Source of the DNA: Octopus vulgaris
Lineage: Eukaryota
DNA: 64,000 nt
Assembly: GCA_951406725.2 (NCBI GenBank)
Contig: OX597827.1
Coordinates: 19,344,001 to 19,408,000, forward strand
Direction: 5' to 3'
Positions 1-13,049 of the stretch are shown one piece after another. Position numbers and translations under genes: made by a program. A model generated the notes under the pieces. That model was not told where the DNA came from. It did no database searches and worked only from the letters and a program-made list of their open reading frames with translations. Each line of letters starts with the position of its first letter. The stretch's first letter is position 1.

Positions 1-489
1 CAAAGCATACAAACACCAACCCCATGCGACGCCACAAAATTACAAGATGGATAAAAAACAACCCCCACTATCAATACAATACAAACACAAAACAAATGTA
101 ATATGGTTGGACCTTTCAGTCACATGCACAATCCATCCAACAGGTTTCCATCTAGCCAATTTTATTCACAAGGCTTGGGTTAACCTAAGGTCATAAAAAA
201 AAAAAAAAGGTAACCAAAAGGTGCCATACCATAGGATTGAAACCAAAACATGACTATGAAGTGAGGTTCTTAAGTGCTCAGCTAAGCCTGCAGTCATTAG
301 GGGCCAATATAAATCATCTCGTCTGATCATAAACCCACTCAAAGCTGACCTGGGGTTCAACAACAACAATGACAGCCTGTTAGACCTATAAGAAATAATA
401 ACCAAATCACCCTCAAACCACACTACATCCTACCATCATCACCGTCATCGTCGTCATCATCATCATCACTTTAACGTCCACTTTTACCA

Positions 490-1015
490 TGATAGGGTGC
501 AGAGAGCACCATACAAGCGTGATCATTGACAGAGCGGCTAATCGGCTTCCGTGCCAGTGGCACTTAAAGGGCACCATTCAAGCGTGATCGTTACCAGCGT
601 CGCCTTACTGGCACTTGTGCCCATGCTAGTAGGGTGCCAAGAGCACCATCCAAGCGTGATCGTTGCCAGAGTAGCCAACTGGCTTCCGTGCCAGTGGCAC
701 GTAAAAGGGCACCATTCGAGTGTGATCATTACCAAAATCGCCTTCTGGCACCTGTGCTGATGGCATGTGTAAAAGGATTCGAGCGAGGTCATTGCCAGTA
801 TCACCTGACTGGCCCCTGTGCCGGTGGCACGTAAAAAGCACCCACTACACTCTCGGAGTGGTTGATGTTAGGAAGGGCACCCAGCTCTAGAAACTCTGCC
901 AAATCAAGATTGGAGCCTGGTGCAGCCATCTGGTTCGCCAGCCCTCAGTCAATATCGTCCAACCCATGCTAGCATGGAAAGCGGACATTAAATGATGATG
1001 ATGATGATGATGATG
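490..1015 (+). mobile_element. 5'-truncated RTE-clade LINE 3' UTR copy (family A)
   Basis: Repeated GTGCC(A/G)GTGGCAC...AAAGCACC units, then CCAACCCATGCTAGCATGGAAAGCGGAC and a (GAT)n tail. The same end follows RTE RT coding sequence at 58860-59813. Similar copies at about 1550-1840, 4020-4612, 5215-5480, 5678-6130, 13413-13775, 14790-14980, 21350-21530, 37594-37885, 38600-38830, 54856-55215 and 56843-57490. Confidence 0.8.
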
Positions 1016-2360
1016 TAAGGGTCAAACAAGAGTTTATTCAGGCAGATTTTCGATGGCCAGATGCCCTTCCTGTCACCAACCCTTACTTGTTTCCTAACAA
1101 GTTAATCTTTCCCCAAGGCCAGACATGTTTTTGCAGAATACTGGAAATAACTGACACTGCTTGTATGAGAGTGATTATCATTTTAAAACTGTCAAATGAT
1201 ATCAAGACAAGGGAACACAAACACACACACATGAGGTACACAGCCTAAGGGTTAAGGTGTTGCGCTCATGATTGCGGGATCATGGTTTCAATCCCTGGAC
1301 TGGCTGATGCATTGAGTAAAACAGTTGAGCAAAACACTTTATCTCATGTTGCTCTACAACCACTTCAGCATCTGATGCGGTACACTGAGTACCTGTTCAG
1401 GGAATGTCGATTTGATGGAGAGAGGGAGCTGATGTACAGTGCATACATTTGACCCCTATAAACAAATATCCCAGATTCAGTTGAACCATCCAACCCATGC
1501 CAGCATGGAAAGCGGACGCTAAACGATGATGATGATATATATATATATAAAAGCACCGTCCGAACGTGGCAGATACTAGCGTCGCCTGACTGGCGTCCGT
1601 GTTGGTGATACGTAAAAGCACCAACCGATCGTGGCCATTTCCCAGTCTACTCTGGCTTGTGCCGGTGGCACGTAAAAAAACACTCACGGAGTGGTTGGCG
1701 TTAGGAAGGGCATCTAGCTGTAGAAACACTGCCAAATCAGACTAGAGCCTGGTGCAGCCCCCATGGCTTACCAGACTCCGGTTGAACCGTCCAACCCATG
1801 CTAGCATGGAAAACGGACGTTAAATGATGATGATGATGATATACACAACGGGCTTCCTTCAGTTTCTGTCTTCCAAATCCACTCACAAGGGCTTTGGTCA
1901 GCCCGAGGTTATAGTAGAAGATACTTGACCAAGGTGCCACGCAGTGGGACCGAACCCGGAACCATGTGGTTGGTAATCAAGCTACTTATCACACTGCCAC
2001 TTCCGCACCTATATGTATATATGTATAAAAAGACATGATGCTCGTGGGTGGAAAGTCTTTTATGACAGAGCTACTTGACCAGGGCTGACCTGGTACTAAA
2101 CAACAATAGCAGCCAACAACACTCATGTTGTCATGGAAACATGGAAGACAACAAAAATAGAAAGAAAAAAAAACACTAAGAAAATAAAAAAATTAATTAA
2201 TTAAAATACTTTTCGTAATTAGAAGATAATTTTCAATTCAATCAAGTTTGATAGGAACAAGTTTCAAACTGGTTTTCGTTGGTTTCAAAGCATAATCTTT
2301 AGTTCATTGGACTGTGTGTGTGTTCAATAATTAATGGTCTGATTATTATTATTGTTGTTG

Positions 2361-2392
<32 letters not shown>

Positions 2393-3046
2393 GTTGTTGT
2401 TGTGTATTTGGTTTTTATTGGTCAGTACAGGCCATCTATTTTGGTGGTCAGCATTGTTCATCTTGGACAATAGTTTATTTTTGATGTTTTTCTTTATCTT
2501 GTGCCAAAAATAAATTTGCTTCTACTGCCTCCATTACATCCCACAACCACCACCACTACCACCCACTCACTGCCACAACCACCACCACTACCACCCCACC
2601 CACTCACTGCCACAACCACCACCAACTGCTGTAAGCACTTCACCAGTGAAATCACAAAACCACCCACCCACTCACCAGCGCAACCACAACATACCACAAC
2701 ACCACCAACCACCCAACATCTACCATCAACACCATCACCAGCAGCAATATCATAAGCCAACAAGAAGGCTTCTATGTGGTCACTTGGCTTGCTAGACATA
2801 GTAACCTAATCTCTCATAATTATAGCCTACCTTCTTATATAATGTATTCCTCGATACACTCTGTCTGAATACAAAATGGAATGGCCATGACTGGAATACC
2901 TTTGATCATAGGGTTGGTTGATCAGAGCTGACCTGAGATTAAACAAACAATATCAGTAAAGACAAATGCTACAATCTAACCAAATCCCTTCTATTTGCTC
3001 ATTTCCTCAACAGCAACAGCTGGAAGAGGGTTCAAAGGTTTAGTTT

Positions 3047-3560
3047 GTTGGCCCTGCCTGAGATTTGAAACCAAATCTGCCCACTTGTTGCTTATCAAAA
3101 CAAGCAGGTGGAGAAACACTTGACCCCCATGGACCTGTGCTGGTCAAGGAAACATCAGTCCTTTGTTTAAGGTTCCAACTAAATTACTGACCATAGTCTA
3201 TATCTCTTCCTCTTTTGTGTCAGCCAGACCAAGGGGCAACAGCCTCTTTTGCGCCAGCCATGACCAAAAGCAGCGCTTCCCTTCACCTGACCACAAGAAA
3301 GAGTAGTGTTGGCCCTGTCTGAGATTTGAAACCAAATCTACCCACTTGTTGCTTGTCAAAACAAGCAGTAGGGGGGGGGGTCATCTCCACACCAAATGAT
3401 TGATGGGGAAACACTTGATCCCCCCCCCCCCAAGGACCTGTGCTGGTCAAGGAAACATCAGTCCTTTGTTTAGGGTTTGACCTACATTACTGACCATTGT
3501 CTATATAACAGTGAGAATTTTGTGTCAGCCAGACCAAGGAGCAACACTTCCCTTCACCCA
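3047..3560. repeat. Imperfect tandem duplication, about 260 bp unit x2
   Basis: GTTGGCCCTG(C/T)CTGAGATTTGAAACCAAATCT...GGACCTGTGCTGGTCAAGGAAACATCAGTCC...CAGCCAGACCAAGG starts at about 3047 and again at about 3308. Confidence 0.85.
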
Positions 3561-4870
3561 AAATAAGAGACTTTCAGTCACAAAAAAGATGATGCCGCCG
3601 CCTTTATCCTTTCTTCCTTTCTAGTCAGCACCATGCATTCCTTACTCTTTCCCTCTCTACTGGCTGACAGCAAGTTCTACACTATCGACTGCTAACCAGT
3701 GAGCCAACTTTTTTGTCACTATCACTACAATTACTACTGTCTCTCTAACTACCTATCAGGGCATACGAATAAATATGTGTAAATAATATTTCTTCCTTCA
3801 CTTGGTGGTATTGATTCTTCAATGTTCAGTGGTTACTCCAACACAAGAACCTTCAAGCATTACATCTATACACTACATTTGATAGTGGGCTACATCATAT
3901 CGACATGATATGGTATATCATTTCAGCCACTCAAGCTGATTTTCCTTTGAGAGAATACACAGAAGCTAGCTCAGGAGATAATACTGTGGTTGCAGTGTAT
4001 CTTTAACACTTTAACATTCAGGAGGCAAGTGAAATCAAATCAAATCAATCAAAAGCAAAATCAAAATCAAATTTGATGACTGGTGTCCGTGCTAGCAGGG
4101 TGCAAAGAGCACCATACGAGCGTGATCATTGACAGAGCGGCTAACCAGCTTCCGTGCCAGTGGCACTTAAAGGTCAACATTCATGCGTGATCGTTACCAA
4201 AGTCGCCTTACTGGCACTTGTGTCTGTGATAGTAGGGTGCCAAGAGCACCATCCGAGCATGATCGTTGCCAGAGCAGCCAACTGGCTTCCGTGCCAATGG
4301 CACGTAAAAGGGCACCATTCGAGCGTGATCATTACCAAAGTCGCCTTACTGGCACCTGTGCTGGTGGTATGTGTAAAAGGATTCGAGCGAGGTCGTTGCC
4401 AGTACCACCTGACTGGCTCCCGTGCCGGTGGCACGTAAAAAGCACCCACTATGCTCTCGGAGTGGTTGGCGTTAGGAAGGGCATCCAGCTGTAGAAACAC
4501 TGCCAAATCAGACTAGAGCCTGGTGCAGCCTCCATGGCTTACCAGACCCCGGTCGAACCATCCAACCCATGCTAGCATGGAAAACGGACGTTAAATGATG
4601 ATGATGATGATTATACTGTCAGATCTAATGCTTATCCATTCACATTGTTTTGACTTAATCATGTATTGATCTCATAACTTTGATGATTTCTATATTTTAC
4701 TTGTTTCAGTCATTTAGATTGTGGCTGTCCATTCTGGGGCACCGCCTTGAAGAATTTTTAGTCGTATGGCTTGACCCCAGTACTTATTCTATAAATCTCT
4801 TTTGCTGAACCCCTAAGTTACAGGGACGTAAACACACCAACACCAGTTGTCAAGTGGTGGTGGGGGATAA

Positions 4871-4920
<50 letters not shown>

Positions 4921-7827
4921 GACAATCTTCTTTCAGTTTCCATCTACAAAATCCACTCACAAGGCTTTGGTCAGCTCGAGGTTATATTATAACCAAGCAG
5001 TGTGACTGAACCCAGGACAATGTACTTGGGAAGCAAGCTTTTTACCATACAACCACAGCTGCACTTCTGATTGTTTATTTTTAGAATAACACTGTAGGGT
5101 AAGTGTGAGAGGCCAGATCTGGCTAGCTGGAACACAAAACAAACAGAATATTGGAGCGGGATATGTCCAGTTTGACCCTTTGGCATTCGGATTATTCTGT
5201 CAAATGTAATGCTTCATCATCATCGTCATCATTTAACGTCCGCTTTCCATGCTAGCATGGGTTGGACGATTTGACTGAGGTCTGGCGAACCAGACTCCAA
5301 TCTGATCTAGCAGGATTTCTACAGCTGGATGCCCTTTCTAACGCCAACCACTCCAAGAGTGTAATGGGTGCTTTTACGTTTGGTGGTACTGGCAACAGCC
5401 ACGGCCAAATGGTGCTTTTTACGTGCCACCTGCACAGGAGCCAGTCCAGTGGCACTGGCGACGTCCTTGCTCGAATGTTTCACATGTTTACTAGCACGTG
5501 ATTGCTTATTTATTCAAATTGTCTTAAATCAATCATGTACCTTCAAGATTTCGATGATGTGATTGTTCATTTTTAGAATAACACTAAATAGTAGGTGTGA
5601 GAGGCTGAATCTGGCCAGTTTGAACATAAAACAGGTAGAATATTTTGGCCAGTTATGACCAGTTTAAATGCTAAAACATCATCATCATCATCATTTAACG
5701 TCTGTTCTCCATGCTGGCATGGGTTGGACAGTTCGACCGGGGATCTGGGAAGCCAGAAGGCTGCACCAGGCTCCAGTCTGATCTGGCAGTGTTTCTACAG
5801 CTGGATGTCCTTCCTAACGCCAACCACTCCGTGAGTGTAGTGGGTGCTTTTTACGTGCCACTGTCACAAATGCCAGGCGAGGCTGGCAACGGCCACGATC
5901 GGATAGGTGCTTTTTACGTGCCACCGGCATGGAAGCCAGTCAAAGCGGTACTGGCATCAGCTACGTTCAGATGGTGCTTCTTATGTGCCACCGGCACGGA
6001 AGCCAGTCAAGGTGACGCTGGCATCGGCCACGTTCGGATGGTGCTTTTTACGTGCCACCGGCCCAGGGATCACAACTACAGTTTTCATTGATTTTTGATG
6101 TTGGTGTACTTGACTCCAAATACTTGACGTCAATTACTAACTGGTTAAACAAGTGATTGTAATGTGTTGGCGAGTAGATCTTTGTCAAACAACTGGATGT
6201 CCTTCTTTCAAGGGAAGCCCAGGATGTATGTGATGCTGTAGCAGCAGCAGTGATCCAGGTATGGATGTGAAGACTACAATTTGTGTGTTAGTGGAACTTC
6301 GTGGAGTTGTCAGAAAGTCATTTTTCTTTTTTTGCCCCTGAAGTGTAGCTTTAGTTTATAGGATGTATTTTGGACCAAGTTACTGATGTCCAAACTTAAC
6401 GATAATCATCTCAAACTCACTAATGTGGGGAGGTTTGCAAAAGCAATGAGCTCCCCACCTCTCTCCCTCTACTTTGCAGATTAACTCAAATGAAGGCCAC
6501 TAGGTGGCTTTGAATAAAGAGGGCAGATTAGAGGTTTAACATTATTGGGATGCAGACTGAGTCGTGATCAACCCAGCTGGGTCAACTGGGCAAGAGGACC
6601 TGATGTTGAAAGACCCAAAAATCCCGGAGACCAAATCACAATCATTATCATCATCATTACCATCATCATTGTTGTCGTCATCACTATTTTAAATGTCCAC
6701 TTTCCAAGCTTGCATAGGCCAAATGGAATTTGTTGAAGTGGATTTCCTAAGGGTGGAACCTAACCCTACCACCTGAACAGTCACAATAAACCTCACACAA
6801 GAAACCAATGCTGGCAAACCAGGCTGAATTCTAACCCACGAATCATGGCATTTCTGGAAGGCAGAGCCAAAAGACAATGCTCCAAAACATATCCCAATAT
6901 CCACAAATCTCTGTGCCATGGGTCCACTTCTTCTTACAGCATTCACCCGTGGTGGGTTGAGCTGGCTTCATCCATCCTCAATGCTGCATCTCTCACAAAC
7001 GCCAACCAGGCCTGGCAATTTGAGGCTAACGACCGCGTGATCTCCAACCACTCCTTATTCCAGCGGCGAACACCGTAGATATGGGGGCTTGGGTTGGGTT
7101 CCAGATAAGCCTTGACTGTCATCAGCCAGGTTTTTCGTTGTCCACCACATAGCTTTCACCAACCCTGAAGGGGAGCTGGGGCAATTGCTTCGTAAATGAA
7201 TTCTCCTGGTTGACGACAGAGGGCATGACCCAGAACAACGCAGACGTCTCGTTAGGATGACTTGTCGGAGGGAGGTGATCCTTCAAATATTCCTCACCTC
7301 CCTCCATGGAATGGATACACTCAGATGACATAAGTCTACTCAAGCAGACACTTACCTTGTAAACCTCTGTATATTATACAAGCCTGTATGTGGTTGGTTG
7401 ACCTGTTAGAAATAGTAAATCAAATCTTCATCAAACCACACTCTTCCATCTTAGACAATGTCCAAATTACACTAGGAAAGATGATGTAGTTATGATTTGA
7501 ATGGCCTTTGACACAAGTTGTCATTCTGCTCTATCAGGGTTGACCTAGGGCTACACAACAGTCACACACTTGTCATAGATAAAGAGGTTCAATGGGTATT
7601 GCTTCTAATCCTCAGATTAACTAATAAACCTAAAAGAGATTTGAAAGATACTTACATATGCCATCCATTTTCTTCAGTTGTGTCTTCTAAGCATATTCTC
7701 TAAAATTAAATGCCAAACCTGAAAATCCAAAACAAACAATAACAACATTAACAATGATGACAATAATAATAATAATAATAATAATAATAAAGTAATTCTT
7801 TTATTGGCCACAAGAGCTAATATAAAG

Positions 7828-7886
<59 letters not shown>

Positions 7887-7887
7887 T

Positions 7888-8103
7888 AATCTTTTCTACT
7901 CTAGGCACAAGGCCCGAAATTTTGGGGTGAGGGGGCCAGTCAATTAGATTGACCCCAGTATGCAACTGGTACTTAATTTATCAACCCCAAAAGGATGAAA
8001 GGCAAAGTCGACCTCAGCAGAATTTGAACACAGAATGTAAAGACACACGAAATACCGTTAAGCATTTTGCTGGTGTGCTAACATTTCTGCCAGCTCACTG
8101 CCT
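7888..8103 (-). mobile_element. SINE family D (tRNA-like head, CTTTCATCCTTT...GATAAATTAAGTACCAG central domain)
   Basis: Minus strand reads GGCAGTGAGCTGGCAGAAATGTTAGCA...GAGGTCGACTTTGCCTTTCATCC..., with an (ATT)n tail at about 7830-7887. Confidence 0.75.
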
Positions 8104-8132
8104 AATAATAATAATAATAATAATAATAATTA

Positions 8133-9815
8133 ATTCGTTTATTGGCCAAAAGGGCTAACAAAAATCAATTAAAACATGTAGGGACAAAATACAGGATGAA
8201 AGATACAAAAGGGTTTTGTCCGTTTTAAAAAAAAGTCATTGTAAAAATATTAAATAACAACGAAAATGTAACAATTAAAACTCCCAATAGGGGGATGCGC
8301 TTCGAAAGGTTACTCATGGAAAAACCCATAAAAGCCACGGGAGCCTGGTCAAAAAGGGGCCAGAGAGCCCTTTTCTCCTTTTATATTTACCTTTTAGTAT
8401 CACAGGTGTAACTTCAGAATAGGTCCGTTCATACTGGCCATTCTTGCGACATTCACCCACCTCTTAATAAACTTGCTATGAGACAGCACTTCCCTCTTGC
8501 AGCTCTGTCAAAGAGACGAGCTGTGGAAAGTCGTGTCTAAACAAAACACAACCACATGCTTGAGATGCATGTCTGCACATCAGTAACCACGGTATGCCAA
8601 GGCCCCCATTCAGCAGCCGTTGACAGCAGATGGAGCGCCTGACCCTTCCACAAAAAGTCAAAGAGCAAGCGCACCAGCTTGGCCAACCAGTGGTCGAGAC
8701 AAGGGACGACAGTCAATCGGTAATAGATGACGGATGCGATGTACGCATTCGCCACCTCTGCTCGACCTTTCAGGGACAGCTTCCTCTCGGCCCATTTCTG
8801 GGTGAGATTGGCCACCCTGTTTGTCACTTCTTCCCAGTTTTTATCCACCTGGAGATCCGGACAAAACCAGACCCTGAGCAGTTTAACGGGTCCGTCTGTC
8901 CAGCGCCCTACAACGCATGGACTTGCCTCTCCAGGTGCCCAGTTGCAAGCCCACGGACTTTTCCGCATTAATCTTTGCACCTGTCACTGCTTCGTACTCG
9001 TTTAGCGTCTCGCCAATCAGGTTAATGTGCCCATGGCTCGACACCATCACGGTGACGTCATCGGCATAGGCAGACACGCTGTTTCCACCTCCTAGATCGC
9101 GCGGAATACCCCTCAAAGCCTCCAACTTGCGTAGTAATGGCTCGAGAGTCAATATGTACAAGAGGGAGGAGAGAGGGCATCGTTGGCGAACCGAATGCAA
9201 AATGTCAAACAGCTCCGAAAGGTGACCGTTCACCCGTATCACCGAGCAGATGTTGCTGTACAAAGCAGCGATCCACCCGCAGAAGACTGGACTGAAGCCG
9301 GCTGCCTTGAGAACAGCTGCCAGGTATCGATGGTCGACCCTATCGAAGGCTTTACTCTGATTTAAATTGATCAAAGCCCCACCTGTGCCAGCTTCGTTAC
9401 CCACCCTCTCTATGATGTAGCGCATGAGATGGAGATTATCGTGTATCGACCTGGTCGGCACGGCGCATGTCTGCACCTTGCCAATCAGCTTGTCCACAAC
9501 AAGCGCCAATCTCTTGGCTAGCATCTTGGCCAAAATCTTCAACTCTGCATTGAGCAGAGTGATGGGCCTAAAGTTCCCTATAACGTCCCCTTCGTTTGGG
9601 TCCTTTCTCAGCAAAGCCACCTCTCCTCGACAAACAAAAGCAGGAATTCTCCCGTTTTGTTGCCAGTTGCAGTAGACGTTTGCCAAGAGGCCCGCAAACA
9701 AGTCTGGCATTGAAATGTAAACCCGGCGATTTGCCTCTCGTGCAGTTCTTCATTGCTTCCTCCACTTCTCAGGCAGATATCGGTCTTTCGCAGCACTCCG
9801 CCTCGCTGTCCGAGA
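8133..9815 (-). mobile_element. 5'-truncated, frameshifted L1/Tx1-clade LINE (RT remnant plus 3' UTR)
   Basis: ORFs 8883-9710 and 8537-8980 contain NFRPITLLNAELKILAK, KAFDRVDH, VRQRCPLS, AYADDV and KLSLKGRAEVANAYIAS. AATAAA and an (ATT)n tail mark the 3' end. Confidence 0.9.
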
Positions 9816-10429
9816 GAGAAAGGCAAAACCGACCTCGGCAGAATTTGAACTCAGAACGTAAAGATACACAAACAATAATAATAATAGTATAATGATTTCT
9901 TTTATTTTCCCCATCAACTCCCAGTATATAACTGGTACTTTATTTTTATCAACTCTTTAAGGATGAAAGGTAAAGGTGAGTTCAATGGTATCTTTTATCC
10001 TTTACTTTGTTTCATTCATAAGACTTAGGCCATGCTGGAGCACCATCGTGAAGAATTTTTAGTCAAATGAATCAACCCCAGTACTTATTTTTTTTCAAGT
10101 CTGATACTTATTCTGTCAATCTCTTTTGCCAAACCGCTAAGTTACAAAGACATAAAACCCACCAACACCAGTTGTCAAGCAGTGGGTTGGGGGGGGGGGG
10201 GGTATAGACACAAACACACACATCTTCCTCATCATCATCATCATCATTTAGCATCTGCTTTCTATGCTGGAATGGTTTAAATGGTTTGACTGAAACTGGT
10301 AAGCCATGGAGGCTACATCAGGTTCCAATCTGATTTGGCATTGTTTCTACAGCTGGATGCCCTTCCTAACGCCAACCACTCCACGAGTGTAACACACATA
10401 GATACATAATTATTTAACTTTTATTTTTT

Positions 10430-10912
10430 ACTTGTTTGAGTCATTAGATGGCAGCTATGTTGGGGCCCTACCTTGAAAAATTTTTAGTCGAATCGAACCC
10501 TGGTCTTACTATCTTGTACTTATTCTATCAGTCTCTTTTACCAAACTGCTAAGTTACAAGGATGTAAACACACCAACACCAGTTGTCAATTGGTGGTGGG
10601 GAACAAATACAGACACTTTGTAAGCCTAGTACTTATTCTATAGGTCTCTTTTTGCCGAACCGCTAAGTTATGGGGATATAAACACATCAGCATCAGTTGT
10701 CAAGCAATGTTGGGGGGACAAACACATACATATATATACATATATATACGACGGGCTTTTTTCAGTTTCCGCCTACCAAATCCACTCACAAGGCTTTTGT
10801 CAGCCCGAGGCTGTAGTAGAAGACACTTGCCCAAGGTGCCACGTGGTGGGACTGAACCCGGAACCATGTGGTTGGTAAGCAAGCTACTTACCACACAGCT
10901 ACTCCTGTGCCT
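10430..10912 (-). mobile_element. tRNA-derived SINE family B (with partial internal duplication)
   Basis: Head AGGCACAGGAGTAGCTGTGTGGTAAG...GGTTCAGTCCCAC (A/B-box-like), central (TA/TG)n and a diverged ...TGACTCAAACAAGTAAAA tail. Other copies at about 4695-5065, 12132-12525, 16270-16680, 28128-28537, 37080-37460 and 50770-51190. Confidence 0.85.
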
Positions 10913-11117
10913 ATATGTATATATACATATGTAGTGGCTTCATGCAGGCATAGCATGGATTCGATCCTTCATCACCAAATTTCAATTAACAGTTCAACAG
11001 CTCTTTTCTCATGGTAAAACAATAGTTCTTCTGTAAGTGACAGCAGTTACATTTGCCAAATGCCTTCGCTAAGTAGAATAATGTCTTTGTCACTTGACCT
11101 TTCTAAACTCTTCTTGT

Positions 11118-11420
11118 GGAGACACATAGCCTAGTGGTTAGAGCAGCGGACTCACGGTCGAGGGATCGCGGGTTCGAATCTCAGACCGGCCGATGTGTGT
11201 GTTTATGAGCGAAACACCTAAGCTCCACGCAGCTCCAGCAGAAGGTAATGGCGAACTTCTGCTGACTCTTTCGCCACAACTTTCTCTCACTCTTTCCTCC
11301 TGCATCTTGCAGCTCACCTGCAATGGACCGGCGTCCCGTCCAGGTGGGGAACCTATATGCCAAGGAAACCGGGAAACCGGCCCTTATGAGTCAGGCATGG
11401 CTTGAGAAGGAACAACAAAC
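11118..11420 (+). mobile_element. tRNA-derived SINE family C
   Basis: GGAGACACATAGCCTAGTGGTTAG (A box)...GGTTCGAATC (B box)...CGTCCCGTCCAGGTGGGG...GAAGGAACAAC tail. Confidence 0.9.
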
Positions 11421-11498
11421 CTCTTCTAGGCCACCAAAAGCTAGAATAGAGATAATAGACCACCAACAAAATCCATTCTCAACAACATGTCCGTCTTT

Positions 11499-11568
11499 CT
11501 AACTAGTTTTGGATAGTTATAAATACTAGAACAAATTCTAGTATTTATAACTATCCAAAACTAGTTAG
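11499..11568. repeat. Perfect 33-bp inverted repeat with a 4-nt loop
   Basis: CTAACTAGTTTTGGATAGTTATAAATACTAGAA-caaa-TTCTAGTATTTATAACTATCCAAAACTAGTTAG. Confidence 0.95.
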
Positions 11569-12001
11569 TGAACAGACAATTAGAGTCATAGTCATAAGCA
11601 GGCTGCCACTAAAGATAAATGGCCAGAGGGAGAAAGAAGGTTACAACCAGCCAACTATGAGACAACTTCCCTTGACTCTATAACTTTCTGTAACTCATAT
11701 TCTGTTCTCTGTAACATTACCATATCTCTCTCTATACACTACTATGAGAACAAATACACACCCTGGCCGAAATTAACTCTTTTTACCTCACATGCTTTTC
11801 CATTTACTAATTATACATACCAATCCGTCGCAGTTTTGGATACATACAAAGTAATGGTAAATGAAAATATCTCTTTACAACTTCAACCACTGTTCTTCTT
11901 CCATCTTGCATACTGGCAACCAACACCTTAACAACAAACCACTACAATTGGTGACGACTCCAACATTCCATCCTATTGTTTATCTATTATTGTTTAACCA
12001 T

Positions 12002-12046
<45 letters not shown>

Positions 12047-12533
12047 AAACAAAAGAAAAAAAGTTCCTTCAAAGGGATGTAAATAAATTGTCAATTGTAT
12101 TTATTTCATTTAATATTTGTATGTATGTATCTCTTTACTCTTTTACTTGTTTCAGTCATTTGACTGCGGTCATGCTGAGCACTGCCTTTAGTCGAATAAA
12201 TCGACCCCTGGACTTATTCTTTGTAAGCCTAGTACTTATTCAATCAGTTTCTTTTTGCCAAACCACTAAGATATGGGGATGTAAACACACCAACATTGGT
12301 TGTCAAGTGATGGTGGGGGGAACAAACACAGACACACAAATATACATACATATATATATATCTATACGATGGGCTTCTTTCAGTTTCCATCTACCAAATC
12401 CACTCACAAGGCTTTGGTCTACCCAAGGCTATGGTAGAAGACACTTGCCCAAGGTGCCACGCAGTGGGACTGAACCCAGAACCATGTGGTTGGTAGACAA
12501 GCTACTTACCACACAGCCACTCCTGTATGTATG

Positions 12534-12578
<45 letters not shown>

Positions 12579-13049
12579 TAAAACAAAGAAAAGAAACTAT
12601 TCCTTCAAAGGGATGTAAATAAATTGTTAGTTTCATCATCATCATCATCATACTTCAGTTTTTTAAAATCTGGGCTATTGTCCCCGTTAATGGGGGTGGC
12701 CGGATCTACCTCAATGCCATAACAACAGAGGTAGGTAGGTGCAGCCCACCACAACCCTTGGGGTGGCTGGTGCCCGTTCTCCTTTGCTATCGTGAGGCTT
12801 TTTTGGAGCTGGATTTTCTACAGGGAGCATGCTCTTGCTTACTCCCAACCTCAGTTTCTAGACATGAGTGGTCCTGAGACCAAGGCTTCTATGGTGATTT
12901 TTAAGAAATATGGTCGAAAACTAGCTCAGGAAGGCAGGGACGCTAATCCCTGACACCCCTTTCGAAGACCCCCTACCCTAGTTTGTCAATTGTATTTCTC
13001 TATTTCATTTAATATTTGTGTGTGTATATATAACCCCCCCCCCCCCCAC

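Larger units (their letters stand above)
10930..11960 (+). mobile_element. Putative LTR followed by a PBS-like sequence (Gypsy-like remnant), carrying a SINE insertion
   Basis: Inverted termini TGTAGTGG (10930-10937) and CCACTACA (11939-11946), followed after 2 nt by TGGTGAC (tRNA 3'-complementary PBS start). The termini match the solo LTR at 43168. Confidence 0.5.

Noticed and set aside
2494-2799. Pro/Thr-rich and Gly/Val-rich ORFs
   Set aside because: Degenerate (CAC/CAA)n low-complexity sequence.
6740-7345. GC-richer segment with short ORFs, possibly an exon or TE ORF
   Set aside because: No recognisable motif or sustained reading frame; it cannot be assigned without a homology search.
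7356-7402. Small minus-strand exon with an AAG|GTAAGT donor
   Set aside because: The acceptor lies within a dispersed repeat, there is no recognisable peptide, and support is insufficient.
11118-11190. tRNA gene (also at 15601, 54228, 56530)
   Set aside because: tRNA-derived SINE heads that continue into a shared body with a tail and TSDs.
12088-12618. Recurrent RRHLPKVPRSGTEPGTMW protein family
   Set aside because: Antisense translation of SINE family B copies.
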